Shown here: in pieces, positions 39,525-49,024 of the stretch
How positions within the stretch are numbered: the stretch's first letter is position 1
How the letters are laid out: each line of letters starts with the position of its first letter
Assembly (NCBI GenBank): GCA_020060565.1
Contig: JAGVAE010000002.1
Coordinates: 371,270-435,269 of the forward strand
Length of the DNA stretch: 64,000 nt
Reading direction: 5' to 3'
Origin: Candidatus Woesebacteria bacterium
GTDB lineage: Bacteria > Patescibacteriota > Microgenomatia > UBA8517
Notes under the pieces: generated by a model
Seen by the model: the letters and a program-made list of their open reading frames with translations, nothing else
What the model was told of the DNA's origin: nothing
The model's database searches: none
Made by a program: the position numbers and the translations under genes

Positions 39525-41045
39525 ATGGCTCTAAAATTTAAGGTCTTTCTCCTTTTCATTCTCGCCTTTTTGCCAAGAATAATTAATCTTGGGGAGCACA
39601 ATATCTTTGTTGATGAGATAACCTGGATGAGTAGATGTAAAGATGTTTACGGGGCGGTTCGTACACTTTCTTGGAGTCCATACAATAAAGATTGGTGGCT
39701 TACACCCAACATTGCTGAGGCAATAGGATTACCAGTTACATTCTTTGGAGGAATGACGATGACCTACCTTTCTCCTGGTTATAGTATTCACTCAATGAAT
39801 ATTATGCGTGATTTTGTTGCCACGCGTTTACCTGTTTCATTGATTGGTACATTCTTTGTCCCAATTCTTTATTTGCTTTTAAGAAAATTTGTCAATGATA
39901 AAGTAGCTTTCCTTACTTCTCTTCTTTTTGCAGTTGACCCAATTGCAATTGCCTTAAGCCGTTGGCTTCAGCATGATATGACGTTGGTAGCATGCACTAC
40001 CATAAGCCTTACACTTTATCTTTTAAGTAAAAACAAATGGACAATTCTTGGATCTTCATTCTTTGCAGCCATGGCAATTTTAACTAAGCCGCAAGGATTT
40101 TTAATACCTGCGACGTTAATTATATTCACTGCGATTTTGGCTTTAAGAAAAGAAAAATATTATCTAAAAGAACTGTTAATCTGGATAGGTCTTGCTGCAG
40201 GATTTACAGTTTTATTTTTTCCATATCTTTGGGGAAATCCAATTGGCAATATGCTTACTTATATGCGTCTTCAAGTTTCAAATGTAAGCCTCGGCAACTT
40301 AACGTTTTTTAATGGTCAAATTACTTCTAACCCTCCCTGGTATTACTTTTTTGTAATTTTCCCATTCCGTGTTCCTGAAAGTGTTCTGGTTGGATTTATT
40401 GCAGGAATTACATTGTTTGTTATCAATATTAAAAAAGGACTATTTAAGAAAGAATTTTTTAAAAACAAATTATTTACAGTTGGACTAATATACTCAATCC
40501 TATTTATTCTTCTTATATGTACTTCAAATAAAAAACTGGGAATAAGATATGTGTTTGGCATTTGGCCATACATATATATATTGGTTTCCTATGGACTCCT
40601 TTTTATGGAAAGATATATAGGCAGACCATTTAAGAAAGTTTATTGGTTAATTGTTTTTTTGTTTCCCATCTGGGGAATTGTAAAGTTTTATCCTATCTAT
40701 TATCTTTATCACAATAATCTAATTACACCCGCGAAATACCAGAATCTGGAGTCAGTTGGGTACTGCGACAGTGTTAGACCTGCAATTGAATATCTGGAAC
40801 CAAATCTTTTCCATGGTGTTAAAATAATGTTGGCGGGATGCGATGCTGCAATCAATTACTACACAGGTTTTACAATTAATAGAGTAAATGCAGTTGCAGA
40901 AAAACCAGATTTCATAATTGAAGAAGTTCACAATGCGCAAAAATCTCTAAACGTTTTTGATGATATCAATAAAGCCGGATACATCGAAATTAAACAAATA
41001 GAATTTAGAGGAATAATCCTAGCGAAAATTTATAAAAAACCATGA
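39525..41045 (+). CDS. GT39/ArnT-like GT-C membrane glycosyltransferase
   Basis: PRIINL..IFVDEITW, TRLP, LTKP, PWYY, RYV. Confidence 0.82.
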   Translation: MALKFKVFLLFILAFLPRIINLGEHNIFVDEITWMSRCKDVYGAVRTLSWSPYNKDWWLTPNIAEAIGLPVTFFGGMTMTYLSPGYSIHSMNIMRDFVATRLPVSLIGTFFVPILYLLLRKFVNDKVAFLTSLLFAVDPIAIALSRWLQHDMTLVACTTISLTLYLLSKNKWTILGSSFFAAMAILTKPQGFLIPATLIIFTAILALRKEKYYLKELLIWIGLAAGFTVLFFPYLWGNPIGNMLTYMRLQVSNVSLGNLTFFNGQITSNPPWYYFFVIFPFRVPESVLVGFIAGITLFVINIKKGLFKKEFFKNKLFTVGLIYSILFILLICTSNKKLGIRYVFGIWPYIYILVSYGLLFMERYIGRPFKKVYWLIVFLFPIWGIVKFYPIYYLYHNNLITPAKYQNLESVGYCDSVRPAIEYLEPNLFHGVKIMLAGCDAAINYYTGFTINRVNAVAEKPDFIIEEVHNAQKSLNVFDDINKAGYIEIKQIEFRGIILAKIYKKP

Positions 41046-42412
41046 AACGCTTACTTTTTTTATTGCCCCTCTTAGCTCTAATTGCGGTTTGTATTTATTT
41101 CATTTTGACCACAAGCCCGCTAGTCCGCTATTGGGCTGATGATTTTTGTTCCGCTATTCCTTTAAGAAACGCGGGATATTGGGGTGCTCAGGTTAATTGG
41201 TGGATGAGCTGGACAGGACGCTATTCATATATAGCTTTTTTGGATATCTTTGAACTGCTTGGTCCCTGGGCTGCTAAAATTCTTCCTATACTAATTGCTC
41301 TCGGTGCAACTTTGGCTCTAATCTCTGCGTTTTTCTTTGAAGCGATACTTGCTCCACTTTTTGTAATTCTGGTATTGATCAATGCTCCAAATATAATTCA
41401 ATCTTTTTATTGGCAGGTTGGTTCACTTAATTATGCTTTTGAATTTATTTTCTTTAATCTTTTCATTTCACTTTTAGTTTGGCCTAAAAAGAAATTAGCT
41501 TATATTGGTGCATTTTTATTGCCTTTGATTGTAGGGGGATTTTCGGAAACAATCGCCTTAGCCCAAATAGTACTAATTGCCGCAGTACTTCTAATAATAA
41601 TTATTGGCGACTTTGCCGATAGTGACATTTCTGACAAAAAATTAAGAATTAGACTTGCAATGGTCGGATTGATTGGAGCAATTGCTTCGGTTGGCATAAT
41701 GTCTCTTTCACCAGGAAATGCGGCTAGAGCTTCTTTGGTAGACCATCCTGAAAGTTTTGCCTTTGTAATTAAATCTACATTTTATGGAACGAAATGGTAT
41801 CTGCAAAGAATGTTCATGATACCCACATTTGTTGTTTCTCTGATTTTGGCTGCAATGGCAATTTTCATAACTGTTGAGCGGAAATGGAAAATGTTTAAAA
41901 AGTTATTTTTTGGAACAAGAAAGATGCTCTTAATAATGCTTCTTTCGGCTCTTTCCGCAATTTTTTCCACGGCCGCTGTAATATTTTCAGGATATTATGC
42001 AATGGCATATACACCTCCTGAACGTGCAATGTTTGTAGCGATTTATATGATCTTTGTATCGTTTTTTATCTTTTGTTTTGCTGGTAGCGTTATTGCTATG
42101 AAAAAAGTTTCAGATAAACTGAAAAAGTATTTGGTTTGGGTTGCTCTTGTTGTTAGCTTTGTTTCCTCAATATTCCTTATTAAATCAACTGTTTCCAGTT
42201 GGGGAAATATAAGACAGGAACTTACGGTTTATGCTCAGGATTGGGATTTGGAAGAAATTACACTGGTTAAAGCTGGTGAAAGAGAGGACAAAATTGGTCT
42301 AATCAAGAATATAAGGCCAGTTGGTAGTCTTGACGGCTTTGTAGAAAATAATGGTTGGGTGTTGGGATGTATCAAAGAATACTACAATTTAGAGGAAATT
42401 AAGTTAAAATAA
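41042..42412 (+). CDS. DUF6056-like GT-C membrane protein
   Basis: WADDF, WTGRYS, FYWQVGSLNY, GGFSE, SPGN..R. Confidence 0.65.
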   Translation: MKRLLFLLPLLALIAVCIYFILTTSPLVRYWADDFCSAIPLRNAGYWGAQVNWWMSWTGRYSYIAFLDIFELLGPWAAKILPILIALGATLALISAFFFEAILAPLFVILVLINAPNIIQSFYWQVGSLNYAFEFIFFNLFISLLVWPKKKLAYIGAFLLPLIVGGFSETIALAQIVLIAAVLLIIIIGDFADSDISDKKLRIRLAMVGLIGAIASVGIMSLSPGNAARASLVDHPESFAFVIKSTFYGTKWYLQRMFMIPTFVVSLILAAMAIFITVERKWKMFKKLFFGTRKMLLIMLLSALSAIFSTAAVIFSGYYAMAYTPPERAMFVAIYMIFVSFFIFCFAGSVIAMKKVSDKLKKYLVWVALVVSFVSSIFLIKSTVSSWGNIRQELTVYAQDWDLEEITLVKAGEREDKIGLIKNIRPVGSLDGFVENNGWVLGCIKEYYNLEEIKLK

Positions 42413-43465
42413 TTACAAAAAATAGTTCTTTATTGCGAATTGCTGTTGTTCTAGAAAAAGTTTCTTCAAGTAAAATATATTGTTTTGTTCGTAGAAAAGG
42501 ATTAATGCTTTCTTAAATTCAATTTCGTCAACACTTCTATATGAAAGTGGAAAATAGTTGTTGGATAATAATACTGCATTACTTACCATTCTTGCAGTCC
42601 TTTTATTACCATCCATAAATGGTTGCAGATATGAGATCATGGCTAGAAAAATTAAGGCCTTTTCTGGTACATTATCTAATTTATTTGTTGATGCTATTAA
42701 TTTAGTTAAAGCTTCCTCTATCTGTATTTTATTATCTAGAGGTGTATATTTTGTACCTGTAATTCCAACCGCCGATTGACGTATATTCGATTTTATTCCA
42801 AGATCTTTTGTGAGTTCAGAATGGATAGATCGTATATCTAAAATATTAATGTCTTTGAAACTCTCTTTTTTTTCAAGAATGATATCAAAGGCACTCTTGT
42901 GATTAAGAATCATTACAGCCTCGTCTCTGTCATGCCCTTTAGCCTGCTTTTTATTTTTTATTAATTCTTCTGTTTCGAGAAGGGAATAGGTATTACCCTC
43001 TATTTGAGAAGATTTCCAAGAAAGTTCAATGGTAAACCTTTCAAGTTCACGTTTTAAAATTGTTTTGTCTAAAGTGTTAAATTGCGACTTCAGCTTTTCT
43101 CTTCCCTGCTCAAAAAGATTACGTTCTTCATTCGAAAACAATCCTTTCAAATTATTTATTAAATCAAAATTATAATTTTGATATTTGACGTTTCTAGAAT
43201 CTGTTGTTTTCGAAAAGTATTGATCTACATTAACGGGAATCAACATCTCACGATCTTTTTTGAGGATATATCTTACATATTTTCCTCCGCCCACCAACTC
43301 TATCCAACCAAGCTTAATAAGATGGTTCAAGTCTCGTATATTGGTAATACGGGAGATATCTGTATTTGCCAGAGATTTTTCAAGCTCAGCTCTGGAGGAA
43401 TTGGGGTTGAGCATTAAATAATTAAGTAAATTCACTTGCCTGGCATTTAGCTGCGTATCATTCAT
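42413..43465 (-). CDS. Fic-domain protein with N-terminal winged HTH
   Basis: SSQIEGN inhibitory-helix motif, QPFMDGNKRTAR Fic motif, N-terminal SRAEL...SRITNIRDLNHL...GGGKYVRY; ATG at 43465. Confidence 0.88.
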   Translation of the reverse strand: MNDTQLNARQVNLLNYLMLNPNSSRAELEKSLANTDISRITNIRDLNHLIKLGWIELVGGGKYVRYILKKDREMLIPVNVDQYFSKTTDSRNVKYQNYNFDLINNLKGLFSNEERNLFEQGREKLKSQFNTLDKTILKRELERFTIELSWKSSQIEGNTYSLLETEELIKNKKQAKGHDRDEAVMILNHKSAFDIILEKKESFKDINILDIRSIHSELTKDLGIKSNIRQSAVGITGTKYTPLDNKIQIEEALTKLIASTNKLDNVPEKALIFLAMISYLQPFMDGNKRTARMVSNAVLLSNNYFPLSYRSVDEIEFKKALILFYEQNNIFYLKKLFLEQQQFAIKNYFL

Positions 43466-43494
43466 ATGCCTACAGCGTATCATAATGATACGCA
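43452..43494. promoter_or_regulatory. Palindromic operator GCGTATCAT-A-ATGATACGC plus a third half-site
   Basis: Perfect 9-1-9 inverted repeat at 43475-43493; an extra GCGTATCAT at 43453-43461 inside the first fic codons. Confidence 0.7.
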
Positions 43495-43543
43495 AGAAAG
43501 CAAGTAATTATTGTGATTTGTTTCTGTTGAGCTAAAATGAGTA

Positions 43544-44290
43544 ATGCTTCTAACAGACGGTGAGATTATTGAAAAGCTCAAAATAAAGCCTAGTGATAAG
43601 GTTTTGGATATTGGCGGTAGCATGATGCAACATAAAGAGTTAAAAATTGACACTTTAGCAGATATAATTAGACCCGAAGATGCTCCATACAGTTCCTCAA
43701 AATTACTTGCTAAACATTTTGTAAAAGTAGATATCACACGCGAAAAACTGCCATTCAAAGATAAAGAGTTTGATGTGGTTCTTTGCACACATGTTTTGGA
43801 GGATCTTCCTAGCCCTTTCTTGGTTATGGAGGAAATGGCCAGGGTAGGAAAGCGCGGGTTAATTGTAACACCAAGTATGGGATATGATATGAAATTTACC
43901 CCCATTGACTATACAAATTGGCTTACGGGTGCCAGGCGCGTTCCTGGAGAGGCACACCACAAATGGTTTTTTGTAAAAGAGGGGAATTCTCTAAAAGTAA
44001 TTCCTAAAATATACCCAATTTTATATACAGAGGAGTTCCAGGTAACAGATTGGAAAGGTGAGGTAGAAATTGAATACTATTGGAACGGTATAATTAAATA
44101 TAATGAATTCTCGGGATTAAACATCCACAGGCTAATAGATGAATATAAACGATTTGTTGAAAAGAATAGTGAAAAAATTGAAATAGGCAGTGTGGTCTAT
44201 TTTGTTGATAATCCAATAAATATACTAAAAGCACTTCTAAAAAGATTTTTAAGGCGTGGTTCGGGATACAAATATAGAAAAGAAATCTAA
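43544..44290 (+). CDS. Class I SAM-dependent methyltransferase
   Basis: VLDIGG, LPFKDKEFDVVLCTHVLEDL, HHKW. Confidence 0.85.
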   Translation: MLLTDGEIIEKLKIKPSDKVLDIGGSMMQHKELKIDTLADIIRPEDAPYSSSKLLAKHFVKVDITREKLPFKDKEFDVVLCTHVLEDLPSPFLVMEEMARVGKRGLIVTPSMGYDMKFTPIDYTNWLTGARRVPGEAHHKWFFVKEGNSLKVIPKIYPILYTEEFQVTDWKGEVEIEYYWNGIIKYNEFSGLNIHRLIDEYKRFVEKNSEKIEIGSVVYFVDNPINILKALLKRFLRRGSGYKYRKEI

Positions 44291-45570
44291 TGAAAAAATA
44301 TGTAGACGGTATTAAAGGTTTAGTATTCTCTGCAACAGCAAAGGATACTTTTACTCTTTTTACTGGTAATGTTGGTGCAGCATTCTGGGGATTTTTGTTT
44401 ACCTTAATTGTTGCAAGATCGTTATCAATTTCTGAGTTTGGAGTATTTTCGGCGGTATTAAATATGGTTATTATTATTTCCTCTCTGGCAGATTTGGGAA
44501 TATCATCTGGTGCTATTAACTTTGTTTCTGAGCATTGGACGAAAGGAGATCGCTTGAAAGCTAATGAATATGTTAAAGCATCCTTTCTTATACGTCTTGT
44601 TGTAACATTTTCGATATCTCTTGTTTACTTACTTTTTTCTCCAATTCTTTCTCCGCGCCTTTTAGCATCAAATGACCCAGGAATGGGGGTTTGGGTTTCT
44701 ATAGTTGTTATATTTTGGTTTCTTGATTTGTTCTTTCCTTATATTCTTCAAGCAAGAAAGAAATTTCTACATTCTGTAATTTACGATAATGCTTATTATG
44801 TAGGGCGTCTTCTTTTTGCCTTCATTTTTTATCTAGTAGGGATGCTGACTATTGAAAAAGCATTTTGGGCTTTTGGAGCAGGATTTGTTGTAACAATAAT
44901 TTTTACATTTATTTACATAAAGACGGATTTTATGAAATCAAAGCCAACAAAAGAAACATATGTAAATCTTCTTAAGTTCTCAGGATGGATTGGGGTAAAT
45001 CGTTTGATATCCTCTGTTTCTGGAAGAATTGATATTCAAATGTTGGCAGCAATGGCTGGGGCTATGGCAACGGGACTCTATTCCATTCCGTCACGCCTTG
45101 CATCTTTTATAATTGTTCTTTCTGGAAGTTTTTCATCTGTTTTGGCTACACGTTTAGCTTCATTTGGAGACAGAGAAAAAGAAAAGAAATATATTCTTAA
45201 GTCAACTCTGGCACTACTTCCCATTACTGCAGGAATAGTACTTTGGATAATAATCGCTAAACCATTTATGCTAATTCTCTTTGGAGAAAAATATCTTCCT
45301 GCAGTACCAGTATTTCAAGCGCTGGCTGCTGCGCAAATACCTTTTCTTTTTACATCTCCCGCAGTTTCTGCAATTATCTATGCTATGAAAAAGACTGTTT
45401 ATATAGGAGTTCTTTCATTTTTCCAATTGGCTGCGATCTTTGCTTTGAATTATTATTTAATTCCAAAGTATGGAGTGTTTGGTCCAACAATTACGTTTGG
45501 AATAACTAATACCTTACTAGCAATTTATGTTTGGTTTCAAGTTATAAGATACTATTGGATTAAAAAATGA
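44290..45570 (+). CDS. wzx: Wzx-type oligosaccharide flippase (MOP family)
   Basis: ARSLSISEFG, DLGIS, RIDIQML, GLYS, FGEKY; about 12 TM. Confidence 0.85.
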   Translation: MKKYVDGIKGLVFSATAKDTFTLFTGNVGAAFWGFLFTLIVARSLSISEFGVFSAVLNMVIIISSLADLGISSGAINFVSEHWTKGDRLKANEYVKASFLIRLVVTFSISLVYLLFSPILSPRLLASNDPGMGVWVSIVVIFWFLDLFFPYILQARKKFLHSVIYDNAYYVGRLLFAFIFYLVGMLTIEKAFWAFGAGFVVTIIFTFIYIKTDFMKSKPTKETYVNLLKFSGWIGVNRLISSVSGRIDIQMLAAMAGAMATGLYSIPSRLASFIIVLSGSFSSVLATRLASFGDREKEKKYILKSTLALLPITAGIVLWIIIAKPFMLILFGEKYLPAVPVFQALAAAQIPFLFTSPAVSAIIYAMKKTVYIGVLSFFQLAAIFALNYYLIPKYGVFGPTITFGITNTLLAIYVWFQVIRYYWIKK

Positions 45571-46391
45571 AAATTTGGGCACACACTTTGGTTAAGAATG
45601 AAGCCAGGTGGCTTTGGTACTCTGCCTCATCAGTAATTGATCATGTAGATAAACTCCTTCTTTGGGATACGGGAAGCTCTGATGAAAGTTTGGAGATTGA
45701 AAAAGAACTATTAAGAAAATATCCAGACAAAATTATTTTAAAAAACAGAAAGCAAGAAACAATAGAGGATTTTACCAAAGTCCGTCAGGAAATGTTGGAT
45801 GAGACCACTTCCGACTGGTTTTTAATGGTTGATGGAGATGAAATATGGTATGAAAATTCTATCAAAAAAGTTATATGTTCAATAAAAAAAGGAGTAAACG
45901 GTTTTGAATCAATAGTTGTTCCAACAATAAACTTAGTTGGAGACATATTTCACTACCAAGAAAAAACGGCAGGAAAGTATAAATTTGGTAATCTTGAAGG
46001 TCATTATAACTTAAGAGCAATTAAACGAAGTGTTCCAGGACTTCACTCACAAGGAGTACATGGCGTTTGGGGTTGGGCAGATGACGAAGGCAAAATGATT
46101 CAAGATAGAGACAGTTATAAGTACATAGACGCTCCTTATCTACATGCTACCAACTTACACAGATCTTTCTCAGACTTATCCGTTATTAAAAGAAAAAACA
46201 AATTTAGATTTGAGATAGGGGAGAGCTTTCCAAAGGATTTCTACTATCCAGAAGCCCTTTTTAGTAGTAGACCTAATAATATTCCCAGTCCATGGACAAC
46301 AATGCCTAAAACATTTAAGATACGGGCATTCTTTGAAACACCATTAAGAAAAATTAAAAGAAGGATAGGAGTAAAGAGAGTGGGTTATTAA
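45567..46391 (+). CDS. Glycosyltransferase family 2
   Basis: LVKNEA, DTGSSD, VDGDE. Confidence 0.85.
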   Translation: MKIWAHTLVKNEARWLWYSASSVIDHVDKLLLWDTGSSDESLEIEKELLRKYPDKIILKNRKQETIEDFTKVRQEMLDETTSDWFLMVDGDEIWYENSIKKVICSIKKGVNGFESIVVPTINLVGDIFHYQEKTAGKYKFGNLEGHYNLRAIKRSVPGLHSQGVHGVWGWADDEGKMIQDRDSYKYIDAPYLHATNLHRSFSDLSVIKRKNKFRFEIGESFPKDFYYPEALFSSRPNNIPSPWTTMPKTFKIRAFFETPLRKIKRRIGVKRVGY

Positions 46392-46397
46392 AAAACT

Positions 46398-47744
46398 ATG
46401 TTAAAACATTGGAAATTGGTATTACTGGCAATTTTAGGATTTCATTTATTTCTTTTGACTCAGTTAAAATTTACTGCCTGGCCAGAAATGCTTCTTTGGC
46501 CGTATATGATGGCGCAAGGGTTTTTGCCATATAAAGATATGGCTATTGCTCACACTCCCCATCTTTTGGTTGATTTGGCTGTGTTTTTCAAGATATTTGG
46601 AACAGGAGTAGTTCAGCTAAAAATATATACTTGGCTTTTAGTTATAGCTTGTGATCTCTTGGTCTTTTGGGTTACAAATAAACTTTGGAGCCGAAAGATT
46701 GCACTTGCCTCAGTTTTTTCTTTTTCCATTGCTCAGATATTTTTTGATGGCAATGGTCTTTGGTTTGATTTAATGCTGGCCCCACTTTCTCTTTTTACTT
46801 ATTACTTAATGATACAAAAGAAATATTTTTGGTCGGGGGTTGTTTGGGCTTTGATGTTTTTAACAAAACAAACTGCTGTTTGGTTTTTAATACCTATGGG
46901 TATCACAATACTTCAGAATAAAACAGAAAAATTTAATTTATCAAAAAGTACATTTTTTGGAGCACTGTCAGTTATTGGTTTATTTACTCTTATATTAATA
47001 GTTTTTGGGATATTTCCCGATTTCTATAATTGGGCAATTAAGTTTGGAGTTTTTATCCTTCCAGGTTCTCAAGGTCAAATACAATTACCTGATATCAAAA
47101 ATTTAATAATTGCTATCTTTCCTTTTACAATTTTTTTGCCATTTTTATTAAACAAAAAAACAAGAAATGTAATTTTACTGCTCTGGGCAATGGTGGGTGC
47201 TATGGGGGTTTATCCTCGGTTTGAATACTTTCATATCCAACCAGCACTACCATTTTTAGCAATAGTTTTAGGATTGGTTATTACTCAGATAAAAAGAAAA
47301 GGTTTAGTTAAACTCTTTATGATATTTTATCTAGTTGGTTCAATCTATCTTTTTGCAAATTATTTTATGAGAAATTGGAGAGAAGGAACTAGATTTTTAG
47401 AGGCAGATGTTGCCAGTATAGTTTCTTATGTTAAAAACAACACTCAAGAGAATGAAAAAATATTTGTATTGAACTGGTGGGACAATATCTATCCTCTGAC
47501 AAAAACTATACCAGCCACTGATCCTTGGGTACCTCAGCTGGCGTGGTATCAAAACACCTCTGGAATACAAGAAAAAGAGATTGAAGATCTTAAATCTTCA
47601 AAACCAAAACTTATTCTTTTTAAAGAATATGAACAAACAGGGTTAGCTGCATATGTACCCCAAAGAGTTTACGAATACGTAATAGAAAATTATAAATTAA
47701 AAGAAAAAATTGATGGAATTCAAATTCTTATCCCCAGAAACTGA
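46398..47744 (+). CDS. GT-C fold membrane glycosyltransferase
   Basis: AWPEM, LPYKD..HTP, LTKQ, HIQPALP; polytopic. Confidence 0.72.
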   Translation: MLKHWKLVLLAILGFHLFLLTQLKFTAWPEMLLWPYMMAQGFLPYKDMAIAHTPHLLVDLAVFFKIFGTGVVQLKIYTWLLVIACDLLVFWVTNKLWSRKIALASVFSFSIAQIFFDGNGLWFDLMLAPLSLFTYYLMIQKKYFWSGVVWALMFLTKQTAVWFLIPMGITILQNKTEKFNLSKSTFFGALSVIGLFTLILIVFGIFPDFYNWAIKFGVFILPGSQGQIQLPDIKNLIIAIFPFTIFLPFLLNKKTRNVILLLWAMVGAMGVYPRFEYFHIQPALPFLAIVLGLVITQIKRKGLVKLFMIFYLVGSIYLFANYFMRNWREGTRFLEADVASIVSYVKNNTQENEKIFVLNWWDNIYPLTKTIPATDPWVPQLAWYQNTSGIQEKEIEDLKSSKPKLILFKEYEQTGLAAYVPQRVYEYVIENYKLKEKIDGIQILIPRN

Positions 47745-47745
47745 C

Positions 47746-48996
47746 ATGAAGAAACTAGTATTATTTTTATTTTTAATAATTACTCTTGCATCAGTCTTTG
47801 TTCACTACCGAAACTATACTGACTTGGTTGGCTTTACCCTGGACGCTCCAATTCACTTGACCGCAGCAAAAGAAATGGTTGATTCTGGAAAAATAAACTT
47901 AATAGGGCCAAGTGTAACAAGTAAAGAAACATTTGGCAGAATGGTCTTTACAGGACCATTTCATTATTATGTTTTAGCGATCTTGGGAATCATATCCAAT
48001 TGGAACGTGATATTCATAAGTGGATTTTATACAGTACTGTGGATAACTACTTTTGTCATTCTTTTTTTCTGGTTAAATAAAAGATTTGGAGGAACGATTG
48101 CCATTCTTTTGTATACTCTTCTTTCCTTTTATCCGTTTTTTATTCAAGTATCAAGGCAAATATGGAATCCCCAGTTTATTCCCTTATTTGGAACAATGTT
48201 TTTATTATGTTTGGTTGAAAGAAAAAAGATATATCACTATTTATTTGCAGGAATATTTTGGGGATTGGGACTGAATGTCCATTACGCAACACTACTTTGG
48301 ATATTTATTGCTATTCCCTTTATAGTATCTGAGATTTATCAGAAAAAGTTTTATATAAAAAATTGGCTGATGTTAATTTTGGGTGTAATTATTGCAGAAC
48401 TTCCTTTAATTGTTTTTGAGCTTAGACATAATTTTTATAACATTAATACCATCCTCTTTCATCTTAGATATGGCAACTTCTCTGTAGGTTACACATTCAA
48501 CATCTGGTACTATTATGTTCTTCCATTCTTGGCACCTGCAGTACTTTTTATGGGAAAGTTTTTATACAGTATAAAGAGAAGGAAATTTTTTATTGTTCCC
48601 ATTCTAGTACTTTCTGGCCTTTCCTTTTATTTCATGCTTTTATCGTTTAGTTCACAAGGGCAAAAGGCAATGCATTATCCAGGCTGGAGCATTGCCACCC
48701 AAAAGAAAGTAGTGAATATAATTATTAAGGATAATGAAGAAGATTTTGAAGTTGCAGAAACGATTAGCTCTGATACCCAAGCTATGGATATTAGATGGTG
48801 GTTAAAGCAAGAGGGGGTAAATGTAATGGAAGTGGATCAGTATAAAGAGGCTCCTGTGCTTTATTTGGTATCATCTTCCGATAGACCTCCAGAAACAGAA
48901 ACAGTTTGGGAAGTTTCATCACTTAAACCGTTTAAAGTCATAACTAAAGTAGAATTGGACAAAGATCTTTTTTTGTATAAGATAAAAAGAATATAA
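47746..48996 (+). CDS. GT39/ArnT-like GT-C membrane glycosyltransferase
   Basis: LIGP, GPFHYY, WNP, FELRHNF; ATG at 47746. Confidence 0.78.
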   Translation: MKKLVLFLFLIITLASVFVHYRNYTDLVGFTLDAPIHLTAAKEMVDSGKINLIGPSVTSKETFGRMVFTGPFHYYVLAILGIISNWNVIFISGFYTVLWITTFVILFFWLNKRFGGTIAILLYTLLSFYPFFIQVSRQIWNPQFIPLFGTMFLLCLVERKKIYHYLFAGIFWGLGLNVHYATLLWIFIAIPFIVSEIYQKKFYIKNWLMLILGVIIAELPLIVFELRHNFYNINTILFHLRYGNFSVGYTFNIWYYYVLPFLAPAVLFMGKFLYSIKRRKFFIVPILVLSGLSFYFMLLSFSSQGQKAMHYPGWSIATQKKVVNIIIKDNEEDFEVAETISSDTQAMDIRWWLKQEGVNVMEVDQYKEAPVLYLVSSSDRPPETETVWEVSSLKPFKVITKVELDKDLFLYKIKRI

Positions 48997-49024
48997 GCAT
49001 AGCTTGTTAGAATATCATGAAAAT
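48994..49024 (+). repeat. Conserved intergenic element, copy 1
   Basis: taagcatagcttgttagaatatcatgaaaat; 27/31 identical to 53076..53106. Confidence 0.7.

Noticed and set aside
42400-43540. fic gene as an IS or mobile element, or a two-gene toxin-antitoxin pair
   Set aside because: No transposase, terminal repeats or target duplication seen; no separate antitoxin ORF (43480..43905 is antisense to the MTase); the inhibitory motif is in cis
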